64,000 nt of DNA from an uncultured Bacteroidales bacterium (GCA_964511665.1 CAZEHA010000003.1:45880-109879); one strand, 5' to 3'; positions 46,184-57,230 are shown, numbered from the stretch's first letter. The notes: generated by a model not told the origin, from the sequence alone. Made by a program: numbers and translations.

Positions 46184-48136
46184 TTAGTCAGATGAATCGC
46201 TTGAGCTAAGACCATGCAGCTCCTCCCCTGTTTGTTGCCAGCGTTGCAATTCCAACTCAAGCTTATCCTTTAGTTTTTGATATTTCTCAAAAATCAGGCT
46301 ATTGGTATCGCTTTCATTCAATTGTTGCATCATCAATTTTTCGGTTTGGGCAATTTCGGCTTCTAAATCGGCTATTTTCCTCTCGGAGTTTTCGTGTTCG
46401 CGCCGCAATTTTCGCAACTGTTTTTCGAATTCCTTCTTTTCGATGTAGTTCTGCTTTTGCGTGTTCTCCTGATTATCATTTCGGGAACTTAATCGTTGTG
46501 CAGCCCACGACATTTGCAACTGAATCTGCTTTCTATATCGCGTCATGTAAGCATCAATACCACCAATTTCTTCCTTTATCGATTGTCGGCTTACCTCAAA
46601 AACTTTGTGAACCAAGCCATTCAGAAAATAGCGGTCGTGCGATACAATCAGTAGCGACCCGTCGTATTTTGTCAGGGCATCGCGTAGTATTTCTTTCGAC
46701 TGTAGGTCGAGGTGATTGGTGGGTTCGTCGAGAATGAGCAAATTACAGGGTTCTAGTATTAAACATGCCAGTGCAAGTCGCGACTTTTCGCCACCCGACA
46801 ATACTTTTACTTTCTTATCGATATCATCGCCCGAAAACATAAAAGCACCCAGTATTTCGCGAAGCTTGTTTCTAACCTCACCAACAGCTACTGCTTCGAG
46901 TGTTTCGAGCACTGTGAGATTCTCGTTGAGGAGTTCTTCTTGGTTTTGTGCATAATACCCAATTTTTACATTATGGCCTATTTTCAAATTTCCATCGTAT
47001 TGAAGCTTACCTGCAATAATTTTGGCAAATGTAGTTTTGCCTTCACCGTTTTTACCAACCAAGGCTACTTTATCGCCTCTTTCTGCAATAAAATCGATGT
47101 CTTTTATAACCTGAACACCTGTGTAACTTTTCGACACTCCTAATGCTTCCAAAATAATAGTGCCAGACCTTGGTGCCGGAGGAAAACGAAAATGCATTGC
47201 TGTGCGGTCGATTTCATCGAATTCAACGGGTTCAATTTTCTCGAGTTGTTTAATACGCGACTGCACCTGATTGGCTTTGGTAGCCTTATATCTGAAACGT
47301 TCGATGAACTTTTCAGTTTCCGCAATCAGTTTTTGCTGGTTTTCGTATGCCGCCTTTTGTTGCACGAGCCTTTCTTCTCGCAATACAATAAATTTACTGT
47401 AAGGCACCTTATAGTCGTATATACGCCCCAACGAAATTTCGATGGTTCTCTGGGTAACATTATCTAGAAATGTTCGGTCGTGAGAAATGAGTACTACAGC
47501 ACCGGAATATTCTTTTAAAAATTCTTCGAGCCATTGAATGGCCACAATATCCAAATGGTTTGTCGGTTCATCGAGAAGCAACACATCGGGCTGCTGCAGC
47601 AACAGCTTGGCTAACTCGATACGCATAAGCCACCCCCCACTGAACTCAGCAGTATTGCGCGTAAAATCCTCATCGGAGAAACCGAGCCCTTTTAAGGTGC
47701 GTACCACCATAGCATCGGTATTTTCGCTGCTTAAGATGTGATATCTATCGTTGATATGCGACAGTCGCTCTAACAATTCTTCGTATTCGCGACTGTTGTA
47801 ATCGGTGCGCTCGGCTATTTGCAGGTTAATATGCTCCATTTCTTCCTCGAGGCTCCTAACTTCAGAAAAGGCCGAAGCAGCTTCATCGAACACGCTGAGA
47901 TTGTTGTTTGTTACACGCAGATGCTGTGTCAGATATCCAACACTTACACCAGATGGAATACTTACAGTGCCTTCGGAAGGAGGAATTATCCCCTTTATAA
48001 TTTTCAACAAGCTTGTTTTTCCCGACCCGTTTTTTCCAACCAGACCAATACGATCGCGTTGATTAATCATAAACCCGACATCGGAGAACAAGGTAAAACT
48101 ACCAAACCGGAGACTTATATTGTTAAGAGCTATCAT
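46184..48136 (-). CDS. ABC-F family ATPase (two ABC domains plus a C-terminal coiled coil)
   Basis: Two Walker A motifs (GKNGSGKTS and GKNGEGKTT), two signature motifs (FSGGWLMR and LSGGEKSR) and no TM domain. I place the start at ATG 48136 (MIALNNISLRFG) because a -7 box lies inside the longer ORF. Confidence 0.9.
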   Translation of the reverse strand: MIALNNISLRFGSFTLFSDVGFMINQRDRIGLVGKNGSGKTSLLKIIKGIIPPSEGTVSIPSGVSVGYLTQHLRVTNNNLSVFDEAASAFSEVRSLEEEMEHINLQIAERTDYNSREYEELLERLSHINDRYHILSSENTDAMVVRTLKGLGFSDEDFTRNTAEFSGGWLMRIELAKLLLQQPDVLLLDEPTNHLDIVAIQWLEEFLKEYSGAVVLISHDRTFLDNVTQRTIEISLGRIYDYKVPYSKFIVLREERLVQQKAAYENQQKLIAETEKFIERFRYKATKANQVQSRIKQLEKIEPVEFDEIDRTAMHFRFPPAPRSGTIILEALGVSKSYTGVQVIKDIDFIAERGDKVALVGKNGEGKTTFAKIIAGKLQYDGNLKIGHNVKIGYYAQNQEELLNENLTVLETLEAVAVGEVRNKLREILGAFMFSGDDIDKKVKVLSGGEKSRLALACLILEPCNLLILDEPTNHLDLQSKEILRDALTKYDGSLLIVSHDRYFLNGLVHKVFEVSRQSIKEEIGGIDAYMTRYRKQIQLQMSWAAQRLSSRNDNQENTQKQNYIEKKEFEKQLRKLRREHENSERKIADLEAEIAQTEKLMMQQLNESDTNSLIFEKYQKLKDKLELELQRWQQTGEELHGLSSSDSSD

Positions 48137-48151
48137 CAATTTTAAACTGTG

Positions 48152-48159
48152 CAAATATA
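48152..48159 (-). promoter_or_regulatory. -7 box for the ABC-F gene
   Basis: TATATTTG on the minus strand, 15 nt upstream of ATG 48136. Confidence 0.45.
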
Positions 48160-48249
48160 ACGAATTGCAACAATTCGAACTTTCATTCGAATACATAATG
48201 ATATGTTTCTAAAATCAATTAATTTCGTAGCCTATATGAATTCTTTACC

Positions 48250-49635
48250 ATGACAACATTTCGCAAAGAACACGACTCGTTAGGAGAAATACCTGTACCG
48301 GCATCATGTTATTGGGGAGCACAAACACAACGTTCGTTGCAAAATTTCACACTGCATCAGTATCGCATGCCTTTGAATGTAATTTATGCCTTAGCCACCA
48401 TTAAAAAAGCATCTGCTTTGGCCAATTTCGAACTTAAGTTACTACCTGAACATAAGAAAGAGTTAATTTGCAAGGTATGCGACGAAATACTTTTGGGCGT
48501 GCACGACAACGAATTCCCGTTAAGTCTGTGGCAAACCGGCAGCGGGACTCAAACCAATATGAATGTAAACGAAGTAATAACCAACCGCGGTCACGTATTA
48601 TCGGGAGGGTTGCTTAGCAATTCGGTAAAAATACTGCATCCTAACGATGATGTAAATATGAGTCAGTCGTCGAACGATGTTTTTCCGTCGGCCATGCACA
48701 TGGCAGCCACCGAAGTGCTTCAATCGTTCACTATGCCTGCCTTGTTAACACTTCAAAAAACGCTAAAGCAAAAGTCGAAACAATTTTCGAAAATCATAAA
48801 AACCGGTCGCACCCACATGATGGATGCAACCCCCATAACGCTGGGGCAGGAATTCTCGGGATATACAAGCTTGGTTACAAACGGAATTCTACGACTGAAG
48901 CAGGCAAGCAAACGGCTGATGGAACTTGCACTGGGCGGGACGGCCACCGGCACAGGACTAAACACAGTAAAGGGCTACGACAAGCTTGTGGTTAAACATA
49001 TTAATCAAATTACGGAAAAAAAGTTTGTGGCCGGTAAAAACAAATTCGAACTTATGTCGGCTCATGATGCAATTGTTGAAGTACACGCAGCACTTAAACA
49101 ACTTGCCGTGAGTTTGCATAAAATTTCGTGCGATATACGCTTGATGTCGTCGGGACCACGCTGTGGCCTTAATGAACTCATCCTCCCTGTAAATGAACCC
49201 GGTTCATCAATCATGCCCGGAAAAACCAACCCAACCCAAATCGAAGCACTTAGTATGGCCTGTGCGCAAATCTGCGGGAACGATGTAAGTATTGGTATTG
49301 CAGCTATGAATGGACAATTTGAGTTAAATGTGTATAAACCAGTAATCGTTAAGAACTTGCTTGAATCGCTGCTGATTTTAGGCGACACTGCCCGTTCGTT
49401 TGCCGAAAAATGCATACGGGGTGTTAGAGTAAACTATAAAACCCTCGACAAGAATCTACAGGCTTCGCTGATGCTGAACACAGTATTAAGTACCCATATC
49501 GGTTATGAAAAAGCCGCTAAAATTGCACAAATAGCATCAAAAAATGACCTCAGCCTGCGAGATGCTGCCTTGAAATCGGGATATGTAAATCAAGAAGAAT
49601 ACGACAAATGGATAGATGTTAACAATATGGTATAA
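48250..49635 (+). CDS. fumC: Class II fumarate hydratase
   Basis: GSSIMPGKTNP signature together with the TGSGTQTNMN and SSND motifs. Confidence 0.95.
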   Translation: MTTFRKEHDSLGEIPVPASCYWGAQTQRSLQNFTLHQYRMPLNVIYALATIKKASALANFELKLLPEHKKELICKVCDEILLGVHDNEFPLSLWQTGSGTQTNMNVNEVITNRGHVLSGGLLSNSVKILHPNDDVNMSQSSNDVFPSAMHMAATEVLQSFTMPALLTLQKTLKQKSKQFSKIIKTGRTHMMDATPITLGQEFSGYTSLVTNGILRLKQASKRLMELALGGTATGTGLNTVKGYDKLVVKHINQITEKKFVAGKNKFELMSAHDAIVEVHAALKQLAVSLHKISCDIRLMSSGPRCGLNELILPVNEPGSSIMPGKTNPTQIEALSMACAQICGNDVSIGIAAMNGQFELNVYKPVIVKNLLESLLILGDTARSFAEKCIRGVRVNYKTLDKNLQASLMLNTVLSTHIGYEKAAKIAQIASKNDLSLRDAALKSGYVNQEEYDKWIDVNNMV

Positions 49636-49667
49636 AAACCCAAATACACTATTATGCGCTTTAATAT

Positions 49668-49675
49668 TATATTTG
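49668..49675 (+). promoter_or_regulatory. -7 box for asnB
   Basis: TATATTTG lies 19 nt upstream of ATG 49695. Confidence 0.5.
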
Positions 49676-49694
49676 CCTTTTAAACTGAACCAAT

Positions 49695-51560
49695 ATGTGC
49701 GGAATCGCAGGTTTTTACACTAATGCCGATAAATTTGCCAGTCGCGATGAATTGCAAAAGATGACAGATGCGTTGCGTCATCGCGGGCCCGATGCCGAAG
49801 GGATATATTACTCTCAAGCCATAGGTCTGGGGCATCGCAGGCTGAGTATTCTCGATTTATCGTCGGATGCCAATCAACCTATGGAATCGCATAGCATGCG
49901 TTATGTTTGTGTTTACAACGGAGAGGTATATAATTTCAGGAGCATTGCCCGCGACCTGAATATAGAGTTTAAAACCAGTAGCGACACCGAGGTTATTATC
50001 GAGGCCTTTGCCGAATGGGGCGTCACATTTGTTAATAAACTGAACGGGATGTTCGCAATTGCTATTTACGACAAAGAAGAGCACATGTTATATCTGTTTC
50101 GCGACCGGATTGGTGTGAAACCCATATACTATTACTGGGATGGGAAGAACTTTGCTTTTTCAAGCGAATTAAAATCTTTACTACAAATAAGATCTGTTTG
50201 CGAAACTCGATCAATCGATCAGCAATCGATTTGCGATTACCTCCACTTGGGCTATATTCCCGAGCCCAACAGTATTTATAAAAACATGTATAAATTTCCT
50301 TCGGGCAATTTTGGCATAGTTTCGTCGAGCGGGCTTCGCATTGAATCGTATTGGATGATAGAGGGAGCCATACAGCGCAAGCTTATCGACAATGAATTTG
50401 AATGTAAAGAAAAGCTGAAAGAGCTTATAGAATCGTCGGTTTCGATGCGCCTGATAAGCGATGTACCGTTCGGCACCTTTTTAAGTGGTGGCATCGACTC
50501 GAGTTTGGTAACAGCAGTTGCAAGCAAATATGTAACCACTCCGCTGAACACATTTAGTGTTGGTTTTTACGACACAAAATATAACGAATCGAATTATGCC
50601 CGCAGGGTAGCCGAACACCTTCATACCAAACATCATGAATTGGTTGTTACCGAACTCGATGCACAGAATATGGTAGTAGATATGCTGAATTATTACGATG
50701 AACCTTTTGGCGACTCCTCGGCAATTCCTACTATGCTGGTATCGAAATTTGCAAGGGAACATGTCTCAATGGTGCTTTCGGGTGATGGTGGCGACGAATT
50801 GTTTCATGGCTATGGAGCCTACAAATGGGCAAGGCGACTTTCGTTTATGCCCAATAGGGCATTTAGGCAAATGGTAGGATACATCCTGGCCCGATCGGGT
50901 ACAAACCGATACCGCAGGGCTGCGCATTTATTTCAGTATCAGGAACGTAAGCATTTAAAAAGTCATATTTTTTCGCAAGAACAATATTTGTTTTCAATTC
51001 CAGAAATAAACCGGCTCATGCTGTCGGATTTGCATGCCGACACAACTGTCGATCAAGATTATTCTTATTTTGTTCGCAAGCTTACCCCCGAAGAAGATCA
51101 GGCTGTTTTCGATTTGAAATACTACCTGAAAGACGACTTACTGGTAAAAGTAGATAGAGCTTCGATGAAGTATAGCCTCGAAACCAGAGTGCCTCTACTC
51201 GACTATAGAATTATCGAGTTTGCATTAAACATATCGCCAAAGCTAAAGATACAGGGCGACATTCAAAAATATCTCTTGAAAGAAGTGCTTTACGATTATT
51301 TGCCAAAAGAATATTTCGATCGCCCGAAATGGGGTTTTTCGATACCATTGAGCAAGTGGCTTAGCCGCGACTTATCGTATCTTGTTGATGAGCATTTGAA
51401 TGAGTGGATGATAAGAAAACACAAGTTGGTAAATTTCGAAGAGACCAATCGTTTGATAAAATCGTTTCGTTCAGGCACCGATTATCTTTACAACAGAATC
51501 TGGCTTCTGATAATTTTGCACCGTTTTATGGAAAACGATAAAAACATGCTTAATCTTTAA
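49695..51560 (+). CDS. asnB: Asparagine synthase (glutamine-hydrolysing)
   Basis: N-terminal MCGIAGF nucleophile and the PP-loop SGGIDSS. Confidence 0.9.
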   Translation: MCGIAGFYTNADKFASRDELQKMTDALRHRGPDAEGIYYSQAIGLGHRRLSILDLSSDANQPMESHSMRYVCVYNGEVYNFRSIARDLNIEFKTSSDTEVIIEAFAEWGVTFVNKLNGMFAIAIYDKEEHMLYLFRDRIGVKPIYYYWDGKNFAFSSELKSLLQIRSVCETRSIDQQSICDYLHLGYIPEPNSIYKNMYKFPSGNFGIVSSSGLRIESYWMIEGAIQRKLIDNEFECKEKLKELIESSVSMRLISDVPFGTFLSGGIDSSLVTAVASKYVTTPLNTFSVGFYDTKYNESNYARRVAEHLHTKHHELVVTELDAQNMVVDMLNYYDEPFGDSSAIPTMLVSKFAREHVSMVLSGDGGDELFHGYGAYKWARRLSFMPNRAFRQMVGYILARSGTNRYRRAAHLFQYQERKHLKSHIFSQEQYLFSIPEINRLMLSDLHADTTVDQDYSYFVRKLTPEEDQAVFDLKYYLKDDLLVKVDRASMKYSLETRVPLLDYRIIEFALNISPKLKIQGDIQKYLLKEVLYDYLPKEYFDRPKWGFSIPLSKWLSRDLSYLVDEHLNEWMIRKHKLVNFEETNRLIKSFRSGTDYLYNRIWLLIILHRFMENDKNMLNL

Positions 51561-52459
51561 GTCGGTTCTTTACGAAATTTTGTTGAGTATTGCTGTAAAA
51601 CAATGCCGGTGACTATTAATATCAGCCCTGCAATTGTACTGGGCAAAATTCTCTCCCCAACAATAAAATAGATGCCCAGTAACGACAAAAAGGGTGACGC
51701 AAATATAAAATTACTAACCTTTGCTGTTGTAGATGAATACTTCAGTGCTTTCGACCACAACAAAAAAGTAATACCCATCTCGAAAAGTCCGACATAAATT
51801 ACAGCAACTCCCGAAAGAGAAAAAGAAAATTCAGGCTTCGAGAAAATAAACATAGCGGCGCAACTGAAAAGAAAGCCCGTAAAAAAGCTCAGAAATAATT
51901 TTATCAGTTCGCTACGCTTATCCTTGATATTAAATATCCAAAAAAAAGCCCAAATCACCGAGCTTCCCAAAGCCAGGGCTGCACCTCCTGCATTAGTGAA
52001 CTTGAACCCTGCAATATCGCCATGGGTAGAAATAACCAATACGCCAACAAAACTAAGCACAATAGCCAACATACTCACCCCGTTGATTCTTTGTTTCAGC
52101 ATAGGTATTGAAATGAGCACCAGCATTATGGGCCACACATAATTGAGGGGTTGAGCCTCCTGCGTCGGCAATATATCGTAGGCCTTAAACAGTACTAAGT
52201 AATAAGCAAAAGGATTTAGAAACCCTAGTAACGCAGAATTGAGATATTGCCGCGGGGTGGTATTCTTTAATTCCTTAAAGCGTCGCGAAACCAGAATAAT
52301 AAAAAACAACGCCACCGAAGCCACAAGCGAACTGAAACACAACAACTGAACAAAGTCGAACTCGCGCAATGCTATTTTAAAAGCCGTAGCCACTGTTGAC
52401 CACAGCAATACGGTAACTATTGCAAATACATAGGCTTTTTGCTGTGGCTGTAAGGGCAT
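51557..52459 (-). CDS. DMT/EamA-family transporter
   Basis: 300 aa with about 10 TM helices in two EamA-like halves. Confidence 0.75.
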   Translation of the reverse strand: MPLQPQQKAYVFAIVTVLLWSTVATAFKIALREFDFVQLLCFSSLVASVALFFIILVSRRFKELKNTTPRQYLNSALLGFLNPFAYYLVLFKAYDILPTQEAQPLNYVWPIMLVLISIPMLKQRINGVSMLAIVLSFVGVLVISTHGDIAGFKFTNAGGAALALGSSVIWAFFWIFNIKDKRSELIKLFLSFFTGFLFSCAAMFIFSKPEFSFSLSGVAVIYVGLFEMGITFLLWSKALKYSSTTAKVSNFIFASPFLSLLGIYFIVGERILPSTIAGLILIVTGIVLQQYSTKFRKEPT

Positions 52460-52460
52460 A

Positions 52461-54236
52461 TTAATCCTTTTTCATAATCGAATGCAGTGCATTGGTGCTT
52501 AAACGATATACGGGTATCACATCCTTATTCTTATCCCAATATGGCGATTGTTGATAAAACCAGTTTACAATAGCTCTCTGATTGCCTGCAAATGTACTAT
52601 CGGTTTTTATTTTCTCTTCAAATTCGAGTTTCAGTTGCCGATTGTCGCTCATCATCTCTCTTGCCATAGTTTCCATTACATACGATTCGGCGTATTCTTT
52701 TTGTTCGAAGACAGCGTTAAAATAACCCCATCGAACCAGACTTGCCCGCGAAACGGGTTCGAACATATGCGCAAGCACTTTTGCTTCGGGCACTGCTGTT
52801 GAAACCACTATACTACCGGCCGGGAAACTACGTTTTGTTAGCGGTAAAACTTCGGTATTGAAACCTGAAATCATCTGGCGACCTTCGTAAGGTTCGGCAC
52901 TCCACTTCACATGAATCAGCTTAGTGGCTTCAACTTCAACTTCAACTGAGCGCTGCAAAACAGTGTAACGAATTCCATGCGCATCAAGAATCTGAATTAT
53001 TTCAGTCCAGGCCGGCTCAAAAATATAGGCAGCCGGTAATTGAGCAAACGCTACTGGTTTGGGCTTATCGTAATACCAAATCTTTTGTATTTCGGGAATA
53101 TTCGAATAGCGATGCCATTCACCTCCGGTTACATCGCTTTTCACAACATCGTATGCCACCCCTTCGAAGTTGAATAGGACACTATCGGCATAGCTGTCGA
53201 ATTCAACAGGAACGGGGATGTTAGCGGCAGCCATTTTTGCAGTGGCAGCATCGGCTTCGCGATTTAGTCGGGTTAACTTGCCGTGATTGGTGTTTATATT
53301 ATCGAGAGTAAACCGCAGCACTTCGTAGGTAGCATCAACGCGTTGTGCATAAGGTTTAAGCATATGTGTTTCGAGAAGCAGCCCGGGGCGATTACGTGCT
53401 GCTGCATAGCCTTCCGAAAGCATGGGCGACGGTATCCACCGCACCAAACCACTTTTGGGGTCGTGCCATCGTTTAAACGTAACGTAACGAAACATCGGAA
53501 AACTCTTGCTATACATATGCTCAATGAGAGGTTTCAGGTATTCATATTGCTGCCAATGGTTTTGTTCATCACCAAGTAGGCACATATCGGTAAGGTCATA
53601 CGTCATCACATACTGATAATCGGCACCATCGGTGGTGTGGCAATCGATAAACATGTCGGGCAACCATGCATTGTAAACATCTAAAAAAGCACGAATTTCG
53701 CGACTGTCGGCCTTTATGAAATCACGATTCAGATTTATATTACGAACATTGGTTCGCCATCCCATTTCTTCGGGTCCGTTTTGATTGATACGATTGTAAG
53801 CACCACGGCGGAGACACCCTTCGGGGTTAATTGTGGGAATAAACAACAGAACTACATTTTGAGGAGGCTGAATTTTTCGCCCTGCCAAATTGCGAATCAG
53901 CATCATACCTGCATCGGTGCCATCGGGTTCTCCTGCGTGTATACCGGCCTGCACCAACAAGACGGCCTTGCCGGCCTTACGTGCTTCTATTGGGTCGAAT
54001 TGTGAATCACTGTCAACAATAAGTAAAGGAATGTTGTAACCATTGGCGGTTTTACCCATAACCCGGTATTGTACAAATGGCGAAATACTGTCGAAAAGCT
54101 TCGAATAGCTCAATATTTCGTCGTAGGTCATTGTTACATTCTTCTCTGATTTTTCGTAAGGCGTCAATATTAATTTCTGAGAAAAAACACACTGGGCCAA
54201 CCCCGACACTACAAAACAAATCATAAGTATTTTCAT
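52461..54236 (-). CDS. M14-family zinc carboxypeptidase-like protein (secreted)
   Basis: Signal peptide and the zinc-site context QAGIHAGEPDG (HxxE), with a large C-terminal extension. Confidence 0.65.
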   Translation of the reverse strand: MKILMICFVVSGLAQCVFSQKLILTPYEKSEKNVTMTYDEILSYSKLFDSISPFVQYRVMGKTANGYNIPLLIVDSDSQFDPIEARKAGKAVLLVQAGIHAGEPDGTDAGMMLIRNLAGRKIQPPQNVVLLFIPTINPEGCLRRGAYNRINQNGPEEMGWRTNVRNINLNRDFIKADSREIRAFLDVYNAWLPDMFIDCHTTDGADYQYVMTYDLTDMCLLGDEQNHWQQYEYLKPLIEHMYSKSFPMFRYVTFKRWHDPKSGLVRWIPSPMLSEGYAAARNRPGLLLETHMLKPYAQRVDATYEVLRFTLDNINTNHGKLTRLNREADAATAKMAAANIPVPVEFDSYADSVLFNFEGVAYDVVKSDVTGGEWHRYSNIPEIQKIWYYDKPKPVAFAQLPAAYIFEPAWTEIIQILDAHGIRYTVLQRSVEVEVEATKLIHVKWSAEPYEGRQMISGFNTEVLPLTKRSFPAGSIVVSTAVPEAKVLAHMFEPVSRASLVRWGYFNAVFEQKEYAESYVMETMAREMMSDNRQLKLEFEEKIKTDSTFAGNQRAIVNWFYQQSPYWDKNKDVIPVYRLSTNALHSIMKKD

Positions 54237-54302
54237 AGTAAAAACGCTGTTAAGTTCAACAGGTAAAGATAGAAATGTTTGAGATTAATCGCAGCGAGAA
54301 TA

Positions 54303-54310
54303 CAAACATA
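54303..54310 (-). promoter_or_regulatory. Candidate internal -7 box for the M14 peptidase / EamA genes
   Basis: TATGTTTG on the minus strand, 66 nt upstream of ATG 54236. Confidence 0.35.
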
Positions 54311-54343
54311 TGCACCCTACGTAAAAAAAAGAGGGACGATATA

Positions 54344-54736
54344 TTACTGCTTCATAAACGCAATAAGCAATTCGGTAAATTCGGCATGATTGGCAAGGGT
54401 GTAATACAGCACATTGTTCAACTCCACAACCGGATATCGCGTTGAGTAACCTGCCATTTTGTCGGGAAGAGCATTATATATCTTTCTATCGAGTTCTTCC
54501 ATTCCTTCTTTGGTATTTGTAGGAACCTCTTTAAAGTCGATACCGGCATTTTGCAGAGCCTGCATCATATCGCCACAACGGCCGCAATTGTCGCGCGAAT
54601 AAATAGTTATTGTCTGAATCCCTTCAGGGAAAACTGACGCATCGAAATGCTGATATTTATTTAACTGATCGTTTTCTTGTGAAAAACCTGTCAGAAAAAC
54701 AAAGATTAACAACAAAAGAGGTATTATTCTTTTCAT
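54344..54736 (-). CDS. Secreted glutaredoxin/thioredoxin-fold protein
   Basis: 130 aa with a signal peptide and a CGRC redox motif in the context IYSRDNCGRCGDM. Confidence 0.55.
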   Translation of the reverse strand: MKRIIPLLLLIFVFLTGFSQENDQLNKYQHFDASVFPEGIQTITIYSRDNCGRCGDMMQALQNAGIDFKEVPTNTKEGMEELDRKIYNALPDKMAGYSTRYPVVELNNVLYYTLANHAEFTELLIAFMKQ

Positions 54737-54785
54737 AGCATAATGATTTAGAACATTTCAATTATCAAAAATCGTGCAAAACCCT

Positions 54786-57230
54786 TTACACATTTATCTT
54801 AAGCTTTACATTAAACCTGCGTCCGGTAAGATAGTTGGGTACGGCATACAATCGACCATAGATATCCGACACCCAAATATGCGAAATTGTATTGTTAATG
54901 TCAAGTAAGTTAAATACTTCGAGGCTTAGCCACACACTTTTAAAGACCTTTCCCAAGCCATGCTCATGGCCTGTTTTATCGCCGACCAATTGTTTCGAAA
55001 TTCCCAAATCGACCCGGCGATATGGGGGTATTTTTCCGGTTGCCTGATAGCGTTGAGCATTGGGCGGGCCAAAAGAGAAACCGGTTCCAAATAGTAAATT
55101 CAGATGTGCCTGCCAGGTAGGGTTGTTAGGCAAATAGTCGTGAAAATATATGGCAAAATTAAAGCGCTGATCGGTAGGTCGTCGCAAATATCCGGGATAA
55201 ATTGTATCGACACCGCCACCTTCGTTGCTCAGTGTATAATAATCGTTGTCGAGATCCTCCATGGTTTTCATTAGCGACATACTTAACCAAGATTCGGTTC
55301 CCTTTACAAACTCACCGTTAACTTTGGCCTCCACTCCAACTGCATATCCATGAGCCATATTTTCGCCATAGTACCTAATCCTCACATTATCAACATCGTA
55401 TGGGATGATGTTATACAGATATTTGAAATACACCTCGGTAACCAGTTTAAATGGGCGGTTCCATGCAAGGAACTGATAATCGCTTCCCATAACCACTTGC
55501 ACAGATGATTGAGCTAAAATGTTATTGTTGATAGTGCCATCGTGTCGTCTGATTTCTTTAAAGAATGGAGGTTGGTGATACATACCGGCCGACAACCGAA
55601 AAACATAGTCTTTTTCCCACTCGGGCGAATACGACATCGACAATCGGGGGCTGAACAACGGCTGGCGGTTAAAAGTCCAGTACGAAAAGCGACTACCCGC
55701 ATTAAAACCTATCTCTCCTTTATCGAGTTGAAATAACCAAGCATGCTGCAGATAGCTTTCGAAACGGTCGGAAGCCAGACCTATTACCGAAGTATCGGTA
55801 CTAAACAGCAACACCTCGCTACTGCTATAGGGGATGGAATAACCTGCAGAGTCAATCATTTGCCATTCGTTAATTTCATAGTCGAAAATTTCATGCTTAT
55901 AAGTAATGCCCCAGTTTAAACTGTTATCGTTGTACCGATAATCTCCTTTATGAGCCAGCGACGACACATAGCCATCGAGGTAATTTCGGGCATGATTCAG
56001 GAATGACCCCACTCCAATATTCGAAATACTATCTCCCAGCGTGTTTGACCCCAGTTGTTTATCGAGTTCATTCAGGTAATATTGGCCTAAAATATCATAA
56101 GTTTCGGCCTCTCGGGTATAGAACGTTGAAGCTATCCATTTTACGGTCAGGTTTTTTTGCGGTTTATAGGTTGCCGTTACAGCTCCTGTAGCTGTCAAAA
56201 AACGATCGACTTCCTGACCTTCGAAATACATTTTTATTTTTAGTGCCTGATCGAGAGTTCCCCATGAGGTTTCGTTGTCGATTGGGATAAAACCATAGTA
56301 ATTTCCACTGTAGTTACCTAAAAAGCTCATTTCAAATTTCTCGTTGAAGTCGTAGGTAAGATAGGTTTGCACATCGGTAAATCGCGGATCGTACATTGCT
56401 CGTGTATCGAGGCTCGAAAGGAGATATCGTGTGGTTTTATAGCGTAATCCGGTGATATGCCTGAACCGACGGTTTTGCGACACCCCTTCGAAGTGGGCAA
56501 AGGCACCCAAGAGACTTAGCGTAGCCGAAGCTTGCCATTGCTGGGGTTTTCGATATCGTATATCGAGCACCGAAGATATTTTATCGCCATAGCGGGCTTC
56601 GAAACCTCCGGTTGAAAACAACACCGACGACACCAAATCAGAATTGATGAAACTCATGCCTTCTTGTTGGCCCGATCGTATCAGCAACGGACGATAAATT
56701 TCGACATCGTTCACATACACCAGATTTTCATCGTAATTGCCTCCCCGAACCGAATATTGAGAACTAAGTTCGTTGTTCGAAACTACTCCCGGTAATGTTT
56801 TCAACACATCTTCCATACCATGGGCGGTAGGAATATTACGGGCGGCAATTGGGTTGAGTCGAATGATGTTGTTGCGACGCTCGTTCTTATCTTCGATATC
56901 AACCCCCGGCAACATACTCACCGACTTTTTTAAGATAAAGGTTTGTTCGAGCACAGCATCAGGTTTAAGGCGTATAACTTCGCTGCATTTTTCGTATCCC
57001 AAAAAGCTGATCGACACGTTTAAATCTTTTCCGGCAGGTAGTTGTATCGTAAAATATCCATTTTTATCGGAAGCTGCCCCCATACCGCCAGGGCTAATAC
57101 TCACGTTGGCAAACTGCACCGGAGTAAAGTCTTCGTCGACCACGCGACCTTTAAGCATGGCATTCTGCGCCATACTATTGAAAGCAACACAAATAAACAG
57201 CAACAATCCCTGTAGTCTATTCATCCCCAT
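54786..57230 (-). CDS. TonB-dependent receptor with an N-terminal carboxypeptidase-regulatory-like domain
   Basis: Signal peptide and CarbopepD_reg-like LKGRVVDEDFTPVQFANVSI...DKNGYFTI. A plug region, a long beta-barrel and a terminal aromatic-rich strand follow. There is no SusD-like partner. Confidence 0.8.
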   Translation of the reverse strand: MGMNRLQGLLLFICVAFNSMAQNAMLKGRVVDEDFTPVQFANVSISPGGMGAASDKNGYFTIQLPAGKDLNVSISFLGYEKCSEVIRLKPDAVLEQTFILKKSVSMLPGVDIEDKNERRNNIIRLNPIAARNIPTAHGMEDVLKTLPGVVSNNELSSQYSVRGGNYDENLVYVNDVEIYRPLLIRSGQQEGMSFINSDLVSSVLFSTGGFEARYGDKISSVLDIRYRKPQQWQASATLSLLGAFAHFEGVSQNRRFRHITGLRYKTTRYLLSSLDTRAMYDPRFTDVQTYLTYDFNEKFEMSFLGNYSGNYYGFIPIDNETSWGTLDQALKIKMYFEGQEVDRFLTATGAVTATYKPQKNLTVKWIASTFYTREAETYDILGQYYLNELDKQLGSNTLGDSISNIGVGSFLNHARNYLDGYVSSLAHKGDYRYNDNSLNWGITYKHEIFDYEINEWQMIDSAGYSIPYSSSEVLLFSTDTSVIGLASDRFESYLQHAWLFQLDKGEIGFNAGSRFSYWTFNRQPLFSPRLSMSYSPEWEKDYVFRLSAGMYHQPPFFKEIRRHDGTINNNILAQSSVQVVMGSDYQFLAWNRPFKLVTEVYFKYLYNIIPYDVDNVRIRYYGENMAHGYAVGVEAKVNGEFVKGTESWLSMSLMKTMEDLDNDYYTLSNEGGGVDTIYPGYLRRPTDQRFNFAIYFHDYLPNNPTWQAHLNLLFGTGFSFGPPNAQRYQATGKIPPYRRVDLGISKQLVGDKTGHEHGLGKVFKSVWLSLEVFNLLDINNTISHIWVSDIYGRLYAVPNYLTGRRFNVKLKINV

